DNA of 64,000 nt from Anthoceros angustus (GCA_010909165.1 VJWM01000107.1:992001-1056000); one strand, 5' to 3'. Counted from the stretch's first letter, positions 24,603-37,748 are shown. Translations and numbers: made by a program. The notes: generated from the sequence alone by a model not told the origin.

Positions 24603-25950
24603 AGGGTAAGTTCCTCCTCCGTGAAGTCGAAAACCTCTAAGGACTCGGTTAGTAGAGAGCATTTCATTTCCCAAGAAGCAACCTTCTAAATCAAGAGAAT
24701 TTGTGTGCCCGGCTTGTTAGGCAAACAGGAGCTATGAAGGAAAGCTTAGCGAATGATGAGTCGGATGACAAGCCGCCTTAGGTTAGGACATCAAGCCTTT
24801 TGCACTTGAATGTGCGAGGTCCGAGGGTGCCACTTTGTTAGATATACCTATGCACATGTGTAACATATAGTTATAGGCAATATAGTATGGGAACACATAC
24901 ACACGGGCAGCAAATGTATGAGCTCTTTCTCACTATCATTCGTCAAAGGATTCCACCAACCAGTTTGCCTCAAGCTTGAGGGCTTTATGTGATGCCGTTC
25001 TGCAATGTATTACGGCTTTGTGTCACGACACGGTGGTAATCCACTACCGCAAGGGCTGCAAGAAGCGCAAGTTGGCTCTTCCTAACCCCATGAGACCGGA
25101 AAAGCGATATATTGGTCGAATCTTGCACAACCTAGGGCCTTAATAGGCTTACCTAGGCTCACACCATGTGAGACTTTCAAGACGCTTTTACACTCTCAAT
25201 TCATACACATTTCAATTTTTCCCCATCACTCGTAGTGGCATACAAGGGCCATATGGACATGCATTCACGTATGGTAGGGCCCCTAGACCATGGCGGAAAA
25301 TGCGCCGCTGTAGCTAGGTCCTACACAGACACAAGTCACATATCTTGCTCTTTAGTGATGTAGAGGCGCAAGTCCGAGCATTGCACGGTGGAGAGCTCCT
25401 CCAGCTATCGCCACCATGCTTAAACAAAAGACACTTTCAAAAAGCGAGCCAGCGTGGGAAGAAATGCCACCATTTCTTAAGCCAAATAGACAACATTTAT
25501 AAGAACGTGGTTACTAAGCATCTTGTGCTTGATCGATACTTAGATGGGGTGTCTAGAGGAGTGGATACCCTTGGTGCGAATAGCTGAGGCACACTATAGT
25601 ACAAGTTGTTAAGAACCAAGTCCTATTATAGGAAAATTCAATCAAGTGGACTATAATAGACAAAAGCTAGGTAAAGATTTAGAATCACCCACCTTAGTAG
25701 AAAAAGGGACCCACACTCATCCATGCCTCGTCTCATCATCACTAACCACATCATTTATGTGCGGAAAATGCTCAGTTATGTGTGTGAGAATCACATTTAT
25801 TTCATAAATAATGTCAATCCCATTTATTGTTGCAATCATTTCATTCCGCATTTCATTGAGGATTTCATCTAGTCTTGTGCAGATTGTAAGAAGCTCATCT
25901 ATGTTTATCTCATCATCATGAAGATTTTATTATTATAATCTAATTTATTT
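24603..25950 (+). repeat. Partial copy A of the ~3.97 kb RING-H2 unit
   Basis: Colinear with 31905-33250, from aagttcctcctccgtgaag to catcatgaagattttattattataatc. Confidence 0.92.
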
Positions 25951-26499
25951 GCAATTGGGAAATTATCTTCATATGATTATAAAATGGAGCAAGAATCGCT
26001 TTAGTGAAAGGAATGAGAAGATGCGATTTTGTGTGATTTCTTGATGTTTTTAATTTCATCTTGATGAAAATGGTGCAATTTGAATGAGATTATACATCCT
26101 TGTTCTACCTTGAATGTTCTTCTAATTGAATAAGTATGCTCCATCGATTTCCTTAAATGAATCCTTGCCTTTTGGAATAAAATAATGTGGTATTCTGATG
26201 CAAAGATATGCATATCGGTTGACAAACATATATAGTTGGGGGCGTAACTAGGTATTATCAGTAAAACAAGTTTTTCTCGATAACAAAATTTAATAATAAT
26301 TACAAATTGGTCTTTTATTTTAAATATTAGATAAAAATTATAAGATCTAATATATGGTATCTATGTATGGAGTTGTGTTCATCATACTTAAAGATCATAG
26401 ATTTAAAGTTTAGGGTTTATAGGTAGATATCTGCCAGGCAACATCAGGCGGAGTATGCAAAACATTCAGGCATGTAGGCGGATCATGACATCATGGGCT

Positions 26500-29100
26500 T
26501 ATGGAGAGGTAACAAATGGGAAGTCCAAGACAAATAACATGAGAAAGATGAGTAAACGTAGGTAGGTATAGATCAAATGCGGCCTCTAATCATGAAAAAT
26601 TGCACATTGAGACCGCATTGAGACAATGAATGTATAGGAGGTCAAATGTCCATGACTAATATGAGGTCTCACCAAACGATAGGCATAAATTTTCCTCTCA
26701 CCCGGGTATTGGCTCTGACATAACATTGCCAAGAATTTCATTAAAAAATGCATGAGGGGAGATGGGATGCTTGTGTTTGCCTTAGAGTCGGCAAAGAGAT
26801 GTCAGGGATGTCTAACATATATATCGTATACCTTTCTTACAAAATAGAGCGAGAAGTGAGTACAGCCAACCTCAACCAACCAACCAAGAGATGTTAACAA
26901 AGAGCCATAGCTCCAAGAACCAGTAGGGTACATATGCTTTTCTTATAGAAAGGCTCGCTTAAACCTCAAGAGTACATTACAAAAGTGTGCCACCAAGGTC
27001 TATACAAAATGTGCATGCGCTACATTATCTTGAGCCGATAGCGAGTGACCAAGGCCCATTGAAAGGTTTAAATAGACAGAAATAAAAGGGAGCTAGCACA
27101 TCAAGACCATATATATGATGGGGCTCAAATAGACGAGGATCATGTCAGGTCAGGATGCCAAGTTGCAAAACATAAAATGCAAGGAAGGACGACTTCTGGT
27201 GTTACATAAAATGATCAAGCACGATTTTTCTCCGCTTGCCTCCTGTTAGCAACGCTTTTTTAGATGAGCCCAAGCCGCATTTGAGTCTTTTGTCATCTTT
27301 TAGATAATGCAATCTAGCTCATTATTGTTATTTACTTTATATTGGTTGGTATTCTTCTATTTTGCATAGATAAGTCATCTGAATTAAATTTACGCATGAT
27401 TTTAGATTTTCCTTGATCACTCTCTTTTTCTTCGAATAAGTAGTCTTCACTATACTTTTGCTCCAAGCATCATCACCTCATCGTTGGACAGATCAAAGTC
27501 CGCAGCCGCCTTCTCTGCCTGCTCACGCCTCTATGCGGCATAATGATTTGGAGCGAGTCCTAACCTCAATGTGAACTCTGATAACGAGCCCATCCAACCG
27601 CATGCCTGACGTGGCACCACCGATCTCCTCTTCCTCTTGGTTCGCCATATCCGCCAACCTCGACAACGTCGCTCCCAGCCTCTCTTCCAATCTTTGTCAA
27701 CACCTCAAGTCCATAACCAGCTCGGCCTCCCATCCCTACTCCTCTTGCCATTAGTGGCAACTCGATGACCGAGTACCAAATCAGGCACGAGGCCCAAGGA
27801 ATCAAGAGGATATCGATGACCAGATTGAATAAAGACGGAAAATGGAACAGATGCTAAATATATAGGCAAGAAAACTAAGATGCAAGAGGATACATAAATT
27901 GGTGTGACAAACTATATATAGTATCAACTCATATTCAAATCATTAACTTGGGCCTTGGGGATAGATTGCTAGAACTTGGGGGAATGTACATGTTACTTAG
28001 AATGGATGAAGCCATCAAGGATTGCAGGATTGGTTGCTCGGGCCTCAAAGCCTTGAATTAGAACAATCAATGTCCTCAGCTATGCATCTCCTCGAAACTA
28101 CGGTGAACAAGGAGCAAGCTTTGAGATCTGAGAGCTATATCGATGCACCATGACCGATTGAGGCCACTCATCGGAAGCCACGGAGGCGATCGATTAACGC
28201 CAACACAAAGAGTTGCAATGGACATACATGCATGGTTAGACATTCCATAGCCCTTTGACAAAGAAATAGGTGGTCTTGATCATGCACCGTGCCACCCCAA
28301 CAGGAGATCGCGCCAATGAGAACAATAGCCTCGGGTTTGGACGGGACATCCACATGCATAAACATGATATGCCCCATTCTCTTGCCCTATGCTTAACCAT
28401 GGCAACGAAAGCCAACATAGGTATGAACAGCAGTGGAGGATGCATTCGTGGAGTAGGCCCAAGGAGAATTGCAACGCTGTATTCAATCTGTGCATCTGAC
28501 TCCAACAAGAAGCTAGTGTAAGTCGAGCTGCAAAATGTGGAGCTAGAGTCACTTCCGAGGAATCCAAAGGGAAGGCCACGAGCGAGGAGAAGTGATAGGA
28601 GCGATTTCGAGTCTCGCTTTGATCTAAGCCGCCTCACCCGTGACTGGGCGCTGAGGTTTGTCAACACATCGATCACCCATTGTCTTGAATATGGCAGTCC
28701 TATGCACCAAAGTGTTGAGGCATTATATGGTAGGCCCCTAGATTTCATGGAGCGTGATTCCAAATTGTTCGATATTTCATAGGATGACTTCGTGCTATTC
28801 ATGGCCATGTCGATGTAAGCATCCGGAGACCGGCCACGCCGAGCTCGCCAACCGCTTTGTTTACCGCTGAAAAAAAGCACTTTCCGATCGCATCCAAAGA
28901 GTAAGGTGCCACCATGCCAACCTTTCGATCTCCTTGAGGGTGCGCATTGTGGGTTAACTGCATGAACATGGTGCTTGTACGATTGATGGAGTGTTGTAGG
29001 AAGCATGCTTGAGTCGACTGCTCGAGCATAGGATGTCAATTTTGGAATCAAGTGGCTTGTAATTTCAAAAGATGAGGCTTTGGTTTTTGTCACTTCCTTA
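26500..29100. repeat. Second, indel-rich copy of the RING-HC cassette (homologous to 9520-11585, extended ~1 kb to the right)
   Basis: Shared strings include gattgagaccgcattgag, gggatgcttgtgttt, aaaggtttaaatagacag, ccattagtggcaactc and ggtgaacaaggagcaagctttgagatc. Confidence 0.85.
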
Positions 29101-29399
29101 GATGGCAACCTCAAACAACTCTTTAAATTAGGAAGGCTGGGGACGACTCTTTAAATTTGTAGGCCCTTGCCTCACACTACAAAAACTCGCTGGAAGAGCT
29201 GGGTATGTCTTGGAGTCAAGCATGACGGATGAATGCCTAGTCTTGTAATTCAATACCGACAAACCTCATCATGAAGATTTTGTGTCTTTATCAAATCCAA
29301 TGCCAAATTAGTTTTAATTATAATTTATTGGGAGATTATTTAACTTGGCCTTGATATAAAGACCATTTTCATGCTATAACACTTAACTTACTTAATGAC

Positions 29400-29780
29400 C
29401 TTAGAGATAGAGAGGATCTACATATGTTTATCAAAATGAAGAAGCCGATGATTCAAGTGACTGCAGCTTGCCTTGATAAACTTGAGGTGGGCCAAGAGAT
29501 TACTAAAATAAACATATGTGCTCATTTGTATCACAAAAATGTTTGATCCATGGTTGCATATGTGTGTGGCGTGACGTACATGCCCACTATGTAGACGTGA
29601 AGTATACTTTAGAGAAGAGAATACAAATAGTGGTTTATCATCTCAAGACCTGGTTTACCCTGGTTTTCACCTAACCTCATGCCCGCCTCATGGCCTTGTT
29701 ACGCCCATGTATTAGCATCCTTGGCTATGCAATCAGAAGTTGTCATGCACAACATTAGTTGTAGTTTTGTTAGGATTTAG
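29400..29780 (+). CDS. RING-H2 protein a (copy B; start degraded)
   Basis: Stitched: YVYQNEEADDSSDC..CLDKLEVGQEITKINICAHLYHKKC.DPWLH...TCPLCRREV, with a hydrophobic C-terminal tail. Confidence 0.65.
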
Positions 29781-30245
29781 GATTATCGTTGTTTTCTTTT
29801 CCACAAAAATCATTCAATTTTTTTTAACAATATGCTTTTCAAAAGAATATCTGCCTTTAAATCTGTCTATGTGAGATGTACGTGTTCTTCAAACATATCT
29901 TCGAAAGAGTTCACATGGGCAAAATCCAAGGACAAAATAAAAAATGACACATGGGCCAAATCGAAGTACAAAATAAAAACCGAAACATGATCGAAATCCA
30001 AGGACAAAATTGAAAATGACAGCCTAAATAAACAAAAGTAGGTCAAAGTTTAGATGCACAAAATCCAAGGTCATTATAAAAAATGATGGCCTATATATGC
30101 GAAGGTATATGCTTCTTTCACATACTTTAGAAAAGAGGGTATTTTTCATAACCTTTGAAGAGGTTTTTCTCATAACATTTACTATTCTTCGTGCATTACG
30201 GTTATACTAGCCTACATAACATCTCAGAATATTGCGTTAGAAATC

Positions 30246-30752
30246 ATGAACACGCCTTCAATTTACAATGTATCTACAAATGTTTATCAAAATGAAGAAG
30301 CCGATGATTCGTAAGTGACTTGTCTTTGCCTTGATAGTCTTGAGGTGGGCCAGGAGATTACTAAAATAAATATATGTGCTCATTTGTATCATAAAAAATG
30401 TTTAGATCCATGGTTACATATGTGCCGGGCGCTGCGTACATGCCCATTATGTAGACGTGAAATACACTTTAGAGAAGAGATTACAGAAAAAGGTTTACCA
30501 TCTCAAGACGAAAGTCATCTTCCACATCAATTTCGAATGACCTCATTTCCATCCGAAGAGGACATTCAAATGATAAGAGATATTGTGAGTGGGAGAGTAG
30601 AGATGGATATAATGTCGTATGGATTGAACAAAGCTTCCGACAAGATGGAGAAAATGCAATCCAAAGTAACGACGAAGATGAAAGGCTTTTCTTGTATGTT
30701 GAATTGCAATGGTGTCTTGCTATATATGAACAGAGGCATCCGGATCAAGTAG
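30246..30752 (+). CDS. RING-H2 protein b (copy B)
   Basis: C(L)CLDSLEVGQEITKINICAHLYHKKCLDPWLHMCRALRTCPLCRREIHF, an ATL-like C3H2C3 finger. Confidence 0.8.
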
Positions 30753-31391
30753 CTTTGGCACTATCCTATGGTGGATAGGGCCATCCCATCTAGTGAGTAC
30801 ACACACCTATTATAGATGGAGCCACCCTTTCCAACGAGTACACCTAGATGATTTAGATCATCTCATTTATATTGAGAAGAAAGTATTAAATAATCATTTG
30901 AATTAATTTGATTATTTTAGTTATTTATTTAATAATTATCATATAACTATCTTCTATTTTTGTATAGATAAGTCATTTTTCTGATTAAATTTACATGAAT
31001 ATTTATGGGTTTTTCAAAACAATTCTGGTTTTGTTGAAAATATACACCAAAATAGGACAAAGCCCTCCAAAGAGACCTTCACATCTCGAGACCGAATACA
31101 CCTCCAGGACAAGTGGACAATGTTGAATAAGAACACCTACACACGAACCTAAACACCGACTACCTCCGAACTCCCAATCCACTCAAAGCTTGAGACTCAT
31201 AACGAAGTAAACCTCAAACGACACCATCCAACCAGCCAAGCCCGATAACATGGCCAATGTTGGATCAAAAGCTCCAAATCATACACGATACATGAGCCGC
31301 CAGCGCCACCTAATCTTTTGAATGTGCTTGGATGAGGATGACACGTATTCACCTCACCAAAGCACATTGATAAGAGCGCTCCCAAAATCCC

Positions 31392-31640
31392 AAAGAACGT
31401 AAGAAACCAGCCTATTGTCACTAAACCACTTTAAAACTCTTAAGAATTGGACCCCAAAGAACGAAGAAACCAGCCTATTGTCAATAAACCACTTTAAAAC
31501 TCTTAAGAATTGGACCTCAAGAACGTAAGAAATCAACCTATCCTCAATAAATCACTCTAAAACTCTTAAGAATTGGACCTCAAGAACGAAGAAACCCTCC
31601 TATGGTCAATAAACCACTTTAAAACTCTAAAGAATTAGGA
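31392..31640. repeat. Four ~63 bp tandem repeats (also at 35366-35605, 53100-53350 and 57060-57300)
   Basis: Unit aagaacgtaagaaaccagcctattgtcactaaaccactttaaaactcttaagaattggacc, containing the palindrome TCTTAAGA. Confidence 0.92.
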
Positions 31641-31644
31641 CGCA

Positions 31645-31931
31645 ATGTTTTTGTGGACGAACTTTCCATGGATGGATGATCACGGACCTTGTTAGAAGAC
31701 TCGAGCCTAAGAAGTTCAACATCGCAACAATAGTGTGGGATGAGGAAGACCCAAAGAACAATTGCCCGACGGTGCTTGGAAGACTTGGATCTAATGATCA
31801 AGCACAAACATGAGGGTATACACTTTGGTGTTGACAAGCCCCATGGGAACTACTATTGGGACTATTTCTGGAATTTTTATTCCGACGGAAGTCGAGGCAA
31901 GTTCCTCCTCCGTGAAGTCGAAAACCTCTAA
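31645..31931 (+). CDS. Unassigned ORF X, ~95 aa (copies at ~35609-35900, 53360-53650 and 57310-57590)
   Basis: Stitched: MFLWTNFHGWMITDLVRRLEPKKFNIATIVWDEEDPRTIARRCLEDLDLMIKHKHEGIHFGVDKPHGNYYWDYFWNFYSDGSRGKFLLREVENL. The ATG directly follows the 63 bp repeats in every copy. Confidence 0.45.
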
Positions 31932-33378
31932 GGACTCCTGCTAGAGAGCATTTCATTTCCCAAGAAGCAACCTTCTAAATCAAGAGATCGACGGATTTGT
32001 GTGCACGGCTTGTTAGGCAAACAGGAGCCGTGAAGGAAAGCTTAGCGAATGATGAGTCGATGACAAGCCACTTAGGTTAGGACATCAAGCCTTTTGCACT
32101 TGAATGTGGTGAGGTCCCGAGGGTGCCACTTTGTTAGATATACCTATGCACATGTGTAACATATAGTTATAGGCAGTAGTAGTATGGGAACACATACACA
32201 CGGGCAGCAAATGTATGAGCTCTTTCTCACTATCATTCGTCAAAGGATTCCACCAACCTTTGCCTCAAGCTTGAGGGCTTTATGTGATGCCCGCAATGTT
32301 CGCTTTGTGTCACGACCGGTGGTAATCCACTACCGCAAGGGCTGCAAGAGAACGCAAGTTGGCTCTTCCTAACCCCATGAGACCAGGAAAACGATATATT
32401 GGTCGAATACTGCACAACCTAGGGCCTTAATAGGCTTACCTATAGGCTCACACCATGTGAGACTTTCAAGACGTTTTTACACTCTCAATTCATACACATT
32501 TCAATTTTTCCCCATCACTCGTAGTGGCATACCCTGAAGGGCCATATGGACATGCATTCACGTATGGTAGGGCCCCTAGACCATGGCGGAAACGTCGTAC
32601 GACGCTCAGGTAGCTAGGTCCTACACACAGACACAAGTCACATATGCTGCTCTTTAGTGATGTAGAGGCGCAAGTCTCGAGGTCGGCACGGTGGAGAGCT
32701 CCTCCAGCGCTATCGCCACCATGCTTAAACAAAAGACACTTTCAAAACGAGCTCAGAGGAAGAAATGCCACCATTTCTTAAGCCAAATAGACAACATTTA
32801 TAAGAACGTGGTTACTAAGCATCTTGTGCTTGATCGATACTTAGATGGGGTGTCTAGAGGAGTGGATACCCTTGGTGCGAATAGCTGAGGCACACTATAG
32901 TACAAGTTGTTAAGAACCAAGTCCTATTATAGGAAAATTCAATCAAGTGGACTATAATAGACAAAGAGCTAGGTAAAGATTTAGAATCACCCACCTTAGT
33001 AGAAAAAGGGACCCACACTCATCCATGCCTCGTCTCATCATCACTAACCACATCATTTATGTGGAAAATGCTCGATTATGTGTGTGAGAATCACATTCCT
33101 CAGCATTTATTTAAATAATGTCAATCCCATTTATTGTTGCAATCATTTCATTCCGCATTTCATTGAGGATTTCATCTAGTCTTGTGCAGATTGTAAGAAG
33201 CTCATCCGTGTTTATCTCATCATCATGAAGATTTTATTATTATAATCTAATTATATGATGTTTAAATTAGTTTATTATTAAAAATATAATAAAATATAAA
33301 ATAAGGAGATGAATATTTAGTATCCGTGCGAATAGACATAACGATTTTCATAGCGACTATAACGACTTAACTTACTTA

Positions 33379-33787
33379 ATGAGAAACTCTATTGAGAGAG
33401 TAGAGATAGAGAGGATCTACATATGTTTATCAAAATGACGAAGCCGATGATTCAGAAGTGACCTGTGCAGCTTGCCTTGATAAAGTTGAGGTGGGCCAAG
33501 AGATTACTAAAATAAACATATGTGCTCATTTGTATCACAAAAAATGTTTGATCCATGGTTGCATATGTGTGTGGCGTGACGTACATGCCCACTATGTAGA
33601 CGTGAAGTATACTTTAGAGAAGAGAATACAAATAGTGGTTTATCATCTCAAGACCCCGGTTTACCCTGGTTTTTCACCTAACCTCATGCCCCGCCTCATG
33701 GCCTTGTTAGCCCATGTATTAGCATCCTTGGCTATGCTAATCAGAGTTGTCATGCACAACATTAGTTGTAGTTTTGTTAGGATTTAG
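33379..33787 (+). CDS. RING-H2 protein a (copy C)
   Basis: CAACLDKVEVGQEITKINICAHLYHKKCL, with tail LMPRLMALLAHVLASLAMLIRVV. Confidence 0.75.
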
Positions 33788-34235
33788 GATTATCGTTGTT
33801 TTCTTTTCCACAAAAATCATTCAATTTTTTTAACAATATGCTTTTCAAAAGAATATCCGCCTTTAAATCTATGTGAGATGTACGTGTTCTTCAAACATAT
33901 CTTCGAAAGAGTTCACATAAATCCAAGGACAAAATAAAAATGACACATGGGCCAAATCAAGTACAAAATAAAACCAAACATGATCGAAATCCAAGGACAA
34001 AATAGAAAATGACAGCCTAAATAAACAAAAGTAGGTCAAAGTTTAGATGCACAAAATCCAAGGTCATTATAAAAAATGATGGCCTATATATGAAGGTATA
34101 TGCTTCTTTCACATACTTTAGAAAAGAGGGTATTTTCATAACCTTTTGAAGAGGTTTTCTCATAACATTTACTATTCTTCGTGCATTACGGTTATACTAG
34201 CCTACATAACATCTCAGAATATTGCGTTAGAAATC

Positions 34236-34734
34236 ATGAACACGCCTTCAATTTACAATGTATCTACAAATGTTTATCAAAATGAAGAAGCCGATGATTC
34301 AAGTGACTTGTCTTTGCCTTGATAGTCTTGAGGTGGGCCAGAGATTACTAAAATAAATATATGTGCTCATTTGTATCATAAAAATGTTTAGATCCATGGT
34401 TACATATGTGCGGCTGCGTACATGCCCATTATGTAGACGTGAAATACACTTTAGAGAAGAGATTAGAAAAAGGTTTACCATCTCAAGACGAAAGTCATCT
34501 TCCACATCAATTTCGAATGACCTCATTTCCATCCAAGAGGACATTCAAATGATAAGAGATATTGTGAGTGGAGAGTAGAGATGGATATAATGTCGTATGC
34601 GCGGATTGAACAAAGCTTCCGACAAGATGGAGAAAATGCAATCCAAAGTAACATTTAAGATGAAAGGCTTTTCTTGTATGTTGAATTGCAATGGTGTCTT
34701 GCTATATATGAACAGAGGCATCCGGATCAAGTAG
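34236..34734 (+). CDS. RING-H2 protein b (copy C)
   Basis: Colinear with 30246-30752 and includes RTCPLCRREIHFREE. Confidence 0.75.
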
Positions 34735-37354
34735 CTTTGGCACTATCCTATGGTGGATAGGGCCATCCCATCTAGTGAGTACACACACCTATTATAGATG
34801 GAGCCACCCTATCCAACGAGTACACCTAGATGATTTAGATCATCTCATTTATATTGAGAAGAAAGTATTAAATAATCATTTGAATTAATTTGATTATTTT
34901 AGTTATTTATTTAATAATTATCATATAACTATCTTCTATTTTGTATAGATAAGTCATTTTTCTGATTAAATTTACATGAATATTTATGGGTTTTTCAAAA
35001 CAATTCTGGTTTTGTTGAAAATATACACCAAAATAGGACAAAGCCCTCCAAAGAGACCTTCACATGTGAGACCGAATACCAAAGAACAAGTGGACAATGT
35101 TGAATAAGAACACCTACACACGAACCTAAACACCGACTACCCAACTCCCAATCCACTCAAAGCTTGAGACTCATAACGTAAACCTCAAACGACACCATCC
35201 AACCAGCCAAGCCTCGATAACATGGCCAATGTGTCAAAAGCTCCAAATCATACACGATACATGAGCCGCCTAAATCGCCACCTAACCGCTTGAATGTGCT
35301 TGGATGAGGATGACACGATTCACCTCACCAAAGCACATTGATAAGAGCGCTCCCAAAATCCCAAAGAACGAAGAAACCAGCCTATTGTCACTAAACCACT
35401 TTAAAACTCTTAAGAATTGGACCCCAAAGAACGAAGAAACCAGCCTATTGTCACTAAACCACTTTAAAACTCTTAAGAATTGGACCTCAAGAACGTAAGA
35501 AATCAACCTATCCTCAATAAATCACTCTAAAACTCTTAAGAATTGGACAACGTAAGAAACCAGCCTATGGTCAATAAACCACTTTAAAACTCTAAAGAAT
35601 TAGACCGAATGTTTTTGTGGACGAACTTTCATGGATGGATGATCACGGACCTTGTTAGAAGACTCGAGCCTAAGAAGTTCAACATCGCAACAATAGTGTG
35701 GGATGAGGAAGACCCAAAGAACAATTGCCCGACGGTGCTTGGAAGACTTGGATCTAATGATCAAGCACAAACATGAGGGTATACACTTTCGGGGTGTTCA
35801 CAAGCCCCATGGGAACTACTATTGGGACTATTTCTGGAATTTTTTATTCGGCACGGAAGCTGAGGCAGCAAGTTCCTCCTCTGTGAAGCTGAAAACCTCT
35901 AAGGACTCCGGTTAGTAGAGAGCATTTCATTTCCCAAGAAGCAACCTTCTAAATCAAGAGACTGACGGATTTGTGTGCCTGGCTTGTTAGGCAAACAGGG
36001 AGCTGTGAAGGAAAGCTTAGCGAATGATGAGTCAGATGACAAGCCAGCCTTAGGTTAGGACATCAAGCCTTTTGCACTTGAATGTGGTGAGGTGAGGGTG
36101 CCACTTTGTTAGATATACCTATGCACATGTGTAACATATAGTTATAGACAGTTAGTATGGGAACACATACACACGGGCAGCAAATGTATGAGCTCTTTCT
36201 CACTATCATTCGTCAAAGGATTCCACCAACCGCTTGCCTCAAGCTTGAGGGCTTTATGTGATGCCATTCTCGCAATGTTCGCTTTGTGTCACGACCGGTG
36301 GTAATCCACTACCGCAAGGGCTGCAAGAGAACGCAAGTTGGCTCTTCCTAACCCCATGAGACCAGGAAAACGATATATTGGTCGACATCGCACAACCTAG
36401 GGCCTTAATAGGCTTACCTGTGCTCACACCATGTGAGACTTTCAAGACGCTTTTACACTCTCAATTCATACACATTTCAATTTTTCCCCATCACTCGTAG
36501 TGGCATACTCAAGGGCCATATGGACATGCATTCACGTATGGTAGGGCCCCTAGACCATGGCGGAAACGCTGCACGACGCCTGTAGCTAGGTCCTACACAT
36601 GACACAAGTCACATATGCCGCCTTTAGTGATGTAGAGGCGCAAGTCTCGAATAGCTTCGGCACGGTGGAGAGCTCCTCCAGCGCTATCGCCACCATGCTT
36701 AAACAAAAGACACTTTCAAAACGAGCCCAGGGAAGAAATGCCACCATTTCTTAAGCCAAATAGACAACATTTATAAGAACGTGGTTACTAAGCATCTTGT
36801 GCTTGATCGATACTTAGATGGGGTGTCTAGAGGAGTGGATACCCTTGGTGCGAATAGCTGAGGCACACTATAGTACAAGTTGTTAAGAACCAAGTCCTAT
36901 TATAGGAAAATTCAATCAAGTGGACTATAATAGACAAAGAGCTAGGTAAAGATTTAGAATCACCCACCTTAGTAGAAAAAGGGACCCACACTCATCCATG
37001 CCTCGTCTCATCATCACTAACCACATCATTTATATGGAAAATGCTCGCTTATGTGTGTGAGAATCACATTCCTCAACATTTATTTCATAAATAATGTCAA
37101 TCCCATTTATTGTTGCAATCATTTCATTCCGCATTTCATTGAGGATTTCATCTAGTCTTGTGCAGATTGTAAGAAGCTCATCTATGTTTATCTCATCATC
37201 ATGAAGATTTTATTATTATAATCTAATTATATGATGTTTAAATTAATTTATTATCAAAAGTCTAATAAAATATAAAATAAGGAGATGAATATTTAGTATC
37301 CGTGCGAATAGACATAACGCTTTTCATAGCGACTATAACGACTTAACTTACTTA

Positions 37355-37748
37355 ATGAGAAACTCTATTGAGAGAGTAGAGATAGAGAGGATCTACATAT
37401 GTTTATCAAAATGAAGAAGCCGATGATTGAAGTGACTGCACTTGCCTTGATAAACTTGAGGTGGGCCAAGAGATTACTAAAATAAACATATGTGCTCATT
37501 TGTATCACAAAAATGTTTGATCCATGGTTGCATATGTGTGTGGCGTGACGTACATGCCCACTATGTAGACGTGAAGTATACTTTAGAGAAGAGAATACAA
37601 ATAGTGGTTTATCATCTCAAGACCCGGTTTACCCTGGTTTTCACCTAACCTCATGCCCGCCTCATGGCCTTGTTCCATGTATTAGCATCCTTGGCTATGC
37701 ATCGAAGTTGTCATGCACAACATTAGTTGTAGTTTTGTTAGGATTTAG
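37355..37748 (+). CDS. RING-H2 protein a (copy D)
   Basis: Colinear with 33379-33787. Confidence 0.7.

Noticed and set aside
31392-31640. 63 bp repeats as a CRISPR array
   Set aside because: Repeats are adjacent with no unique spacers, there are no cas genes, and the context is eukaryotic.
35282-35506. Minus-strand 21-aa repeat protein (VQFLRVLKWFSDNRLVS)
   Set aside because: One repeat carries a TGA in all unit copies and the frame between repeats is inconsistent, so it is more likely non-coding.
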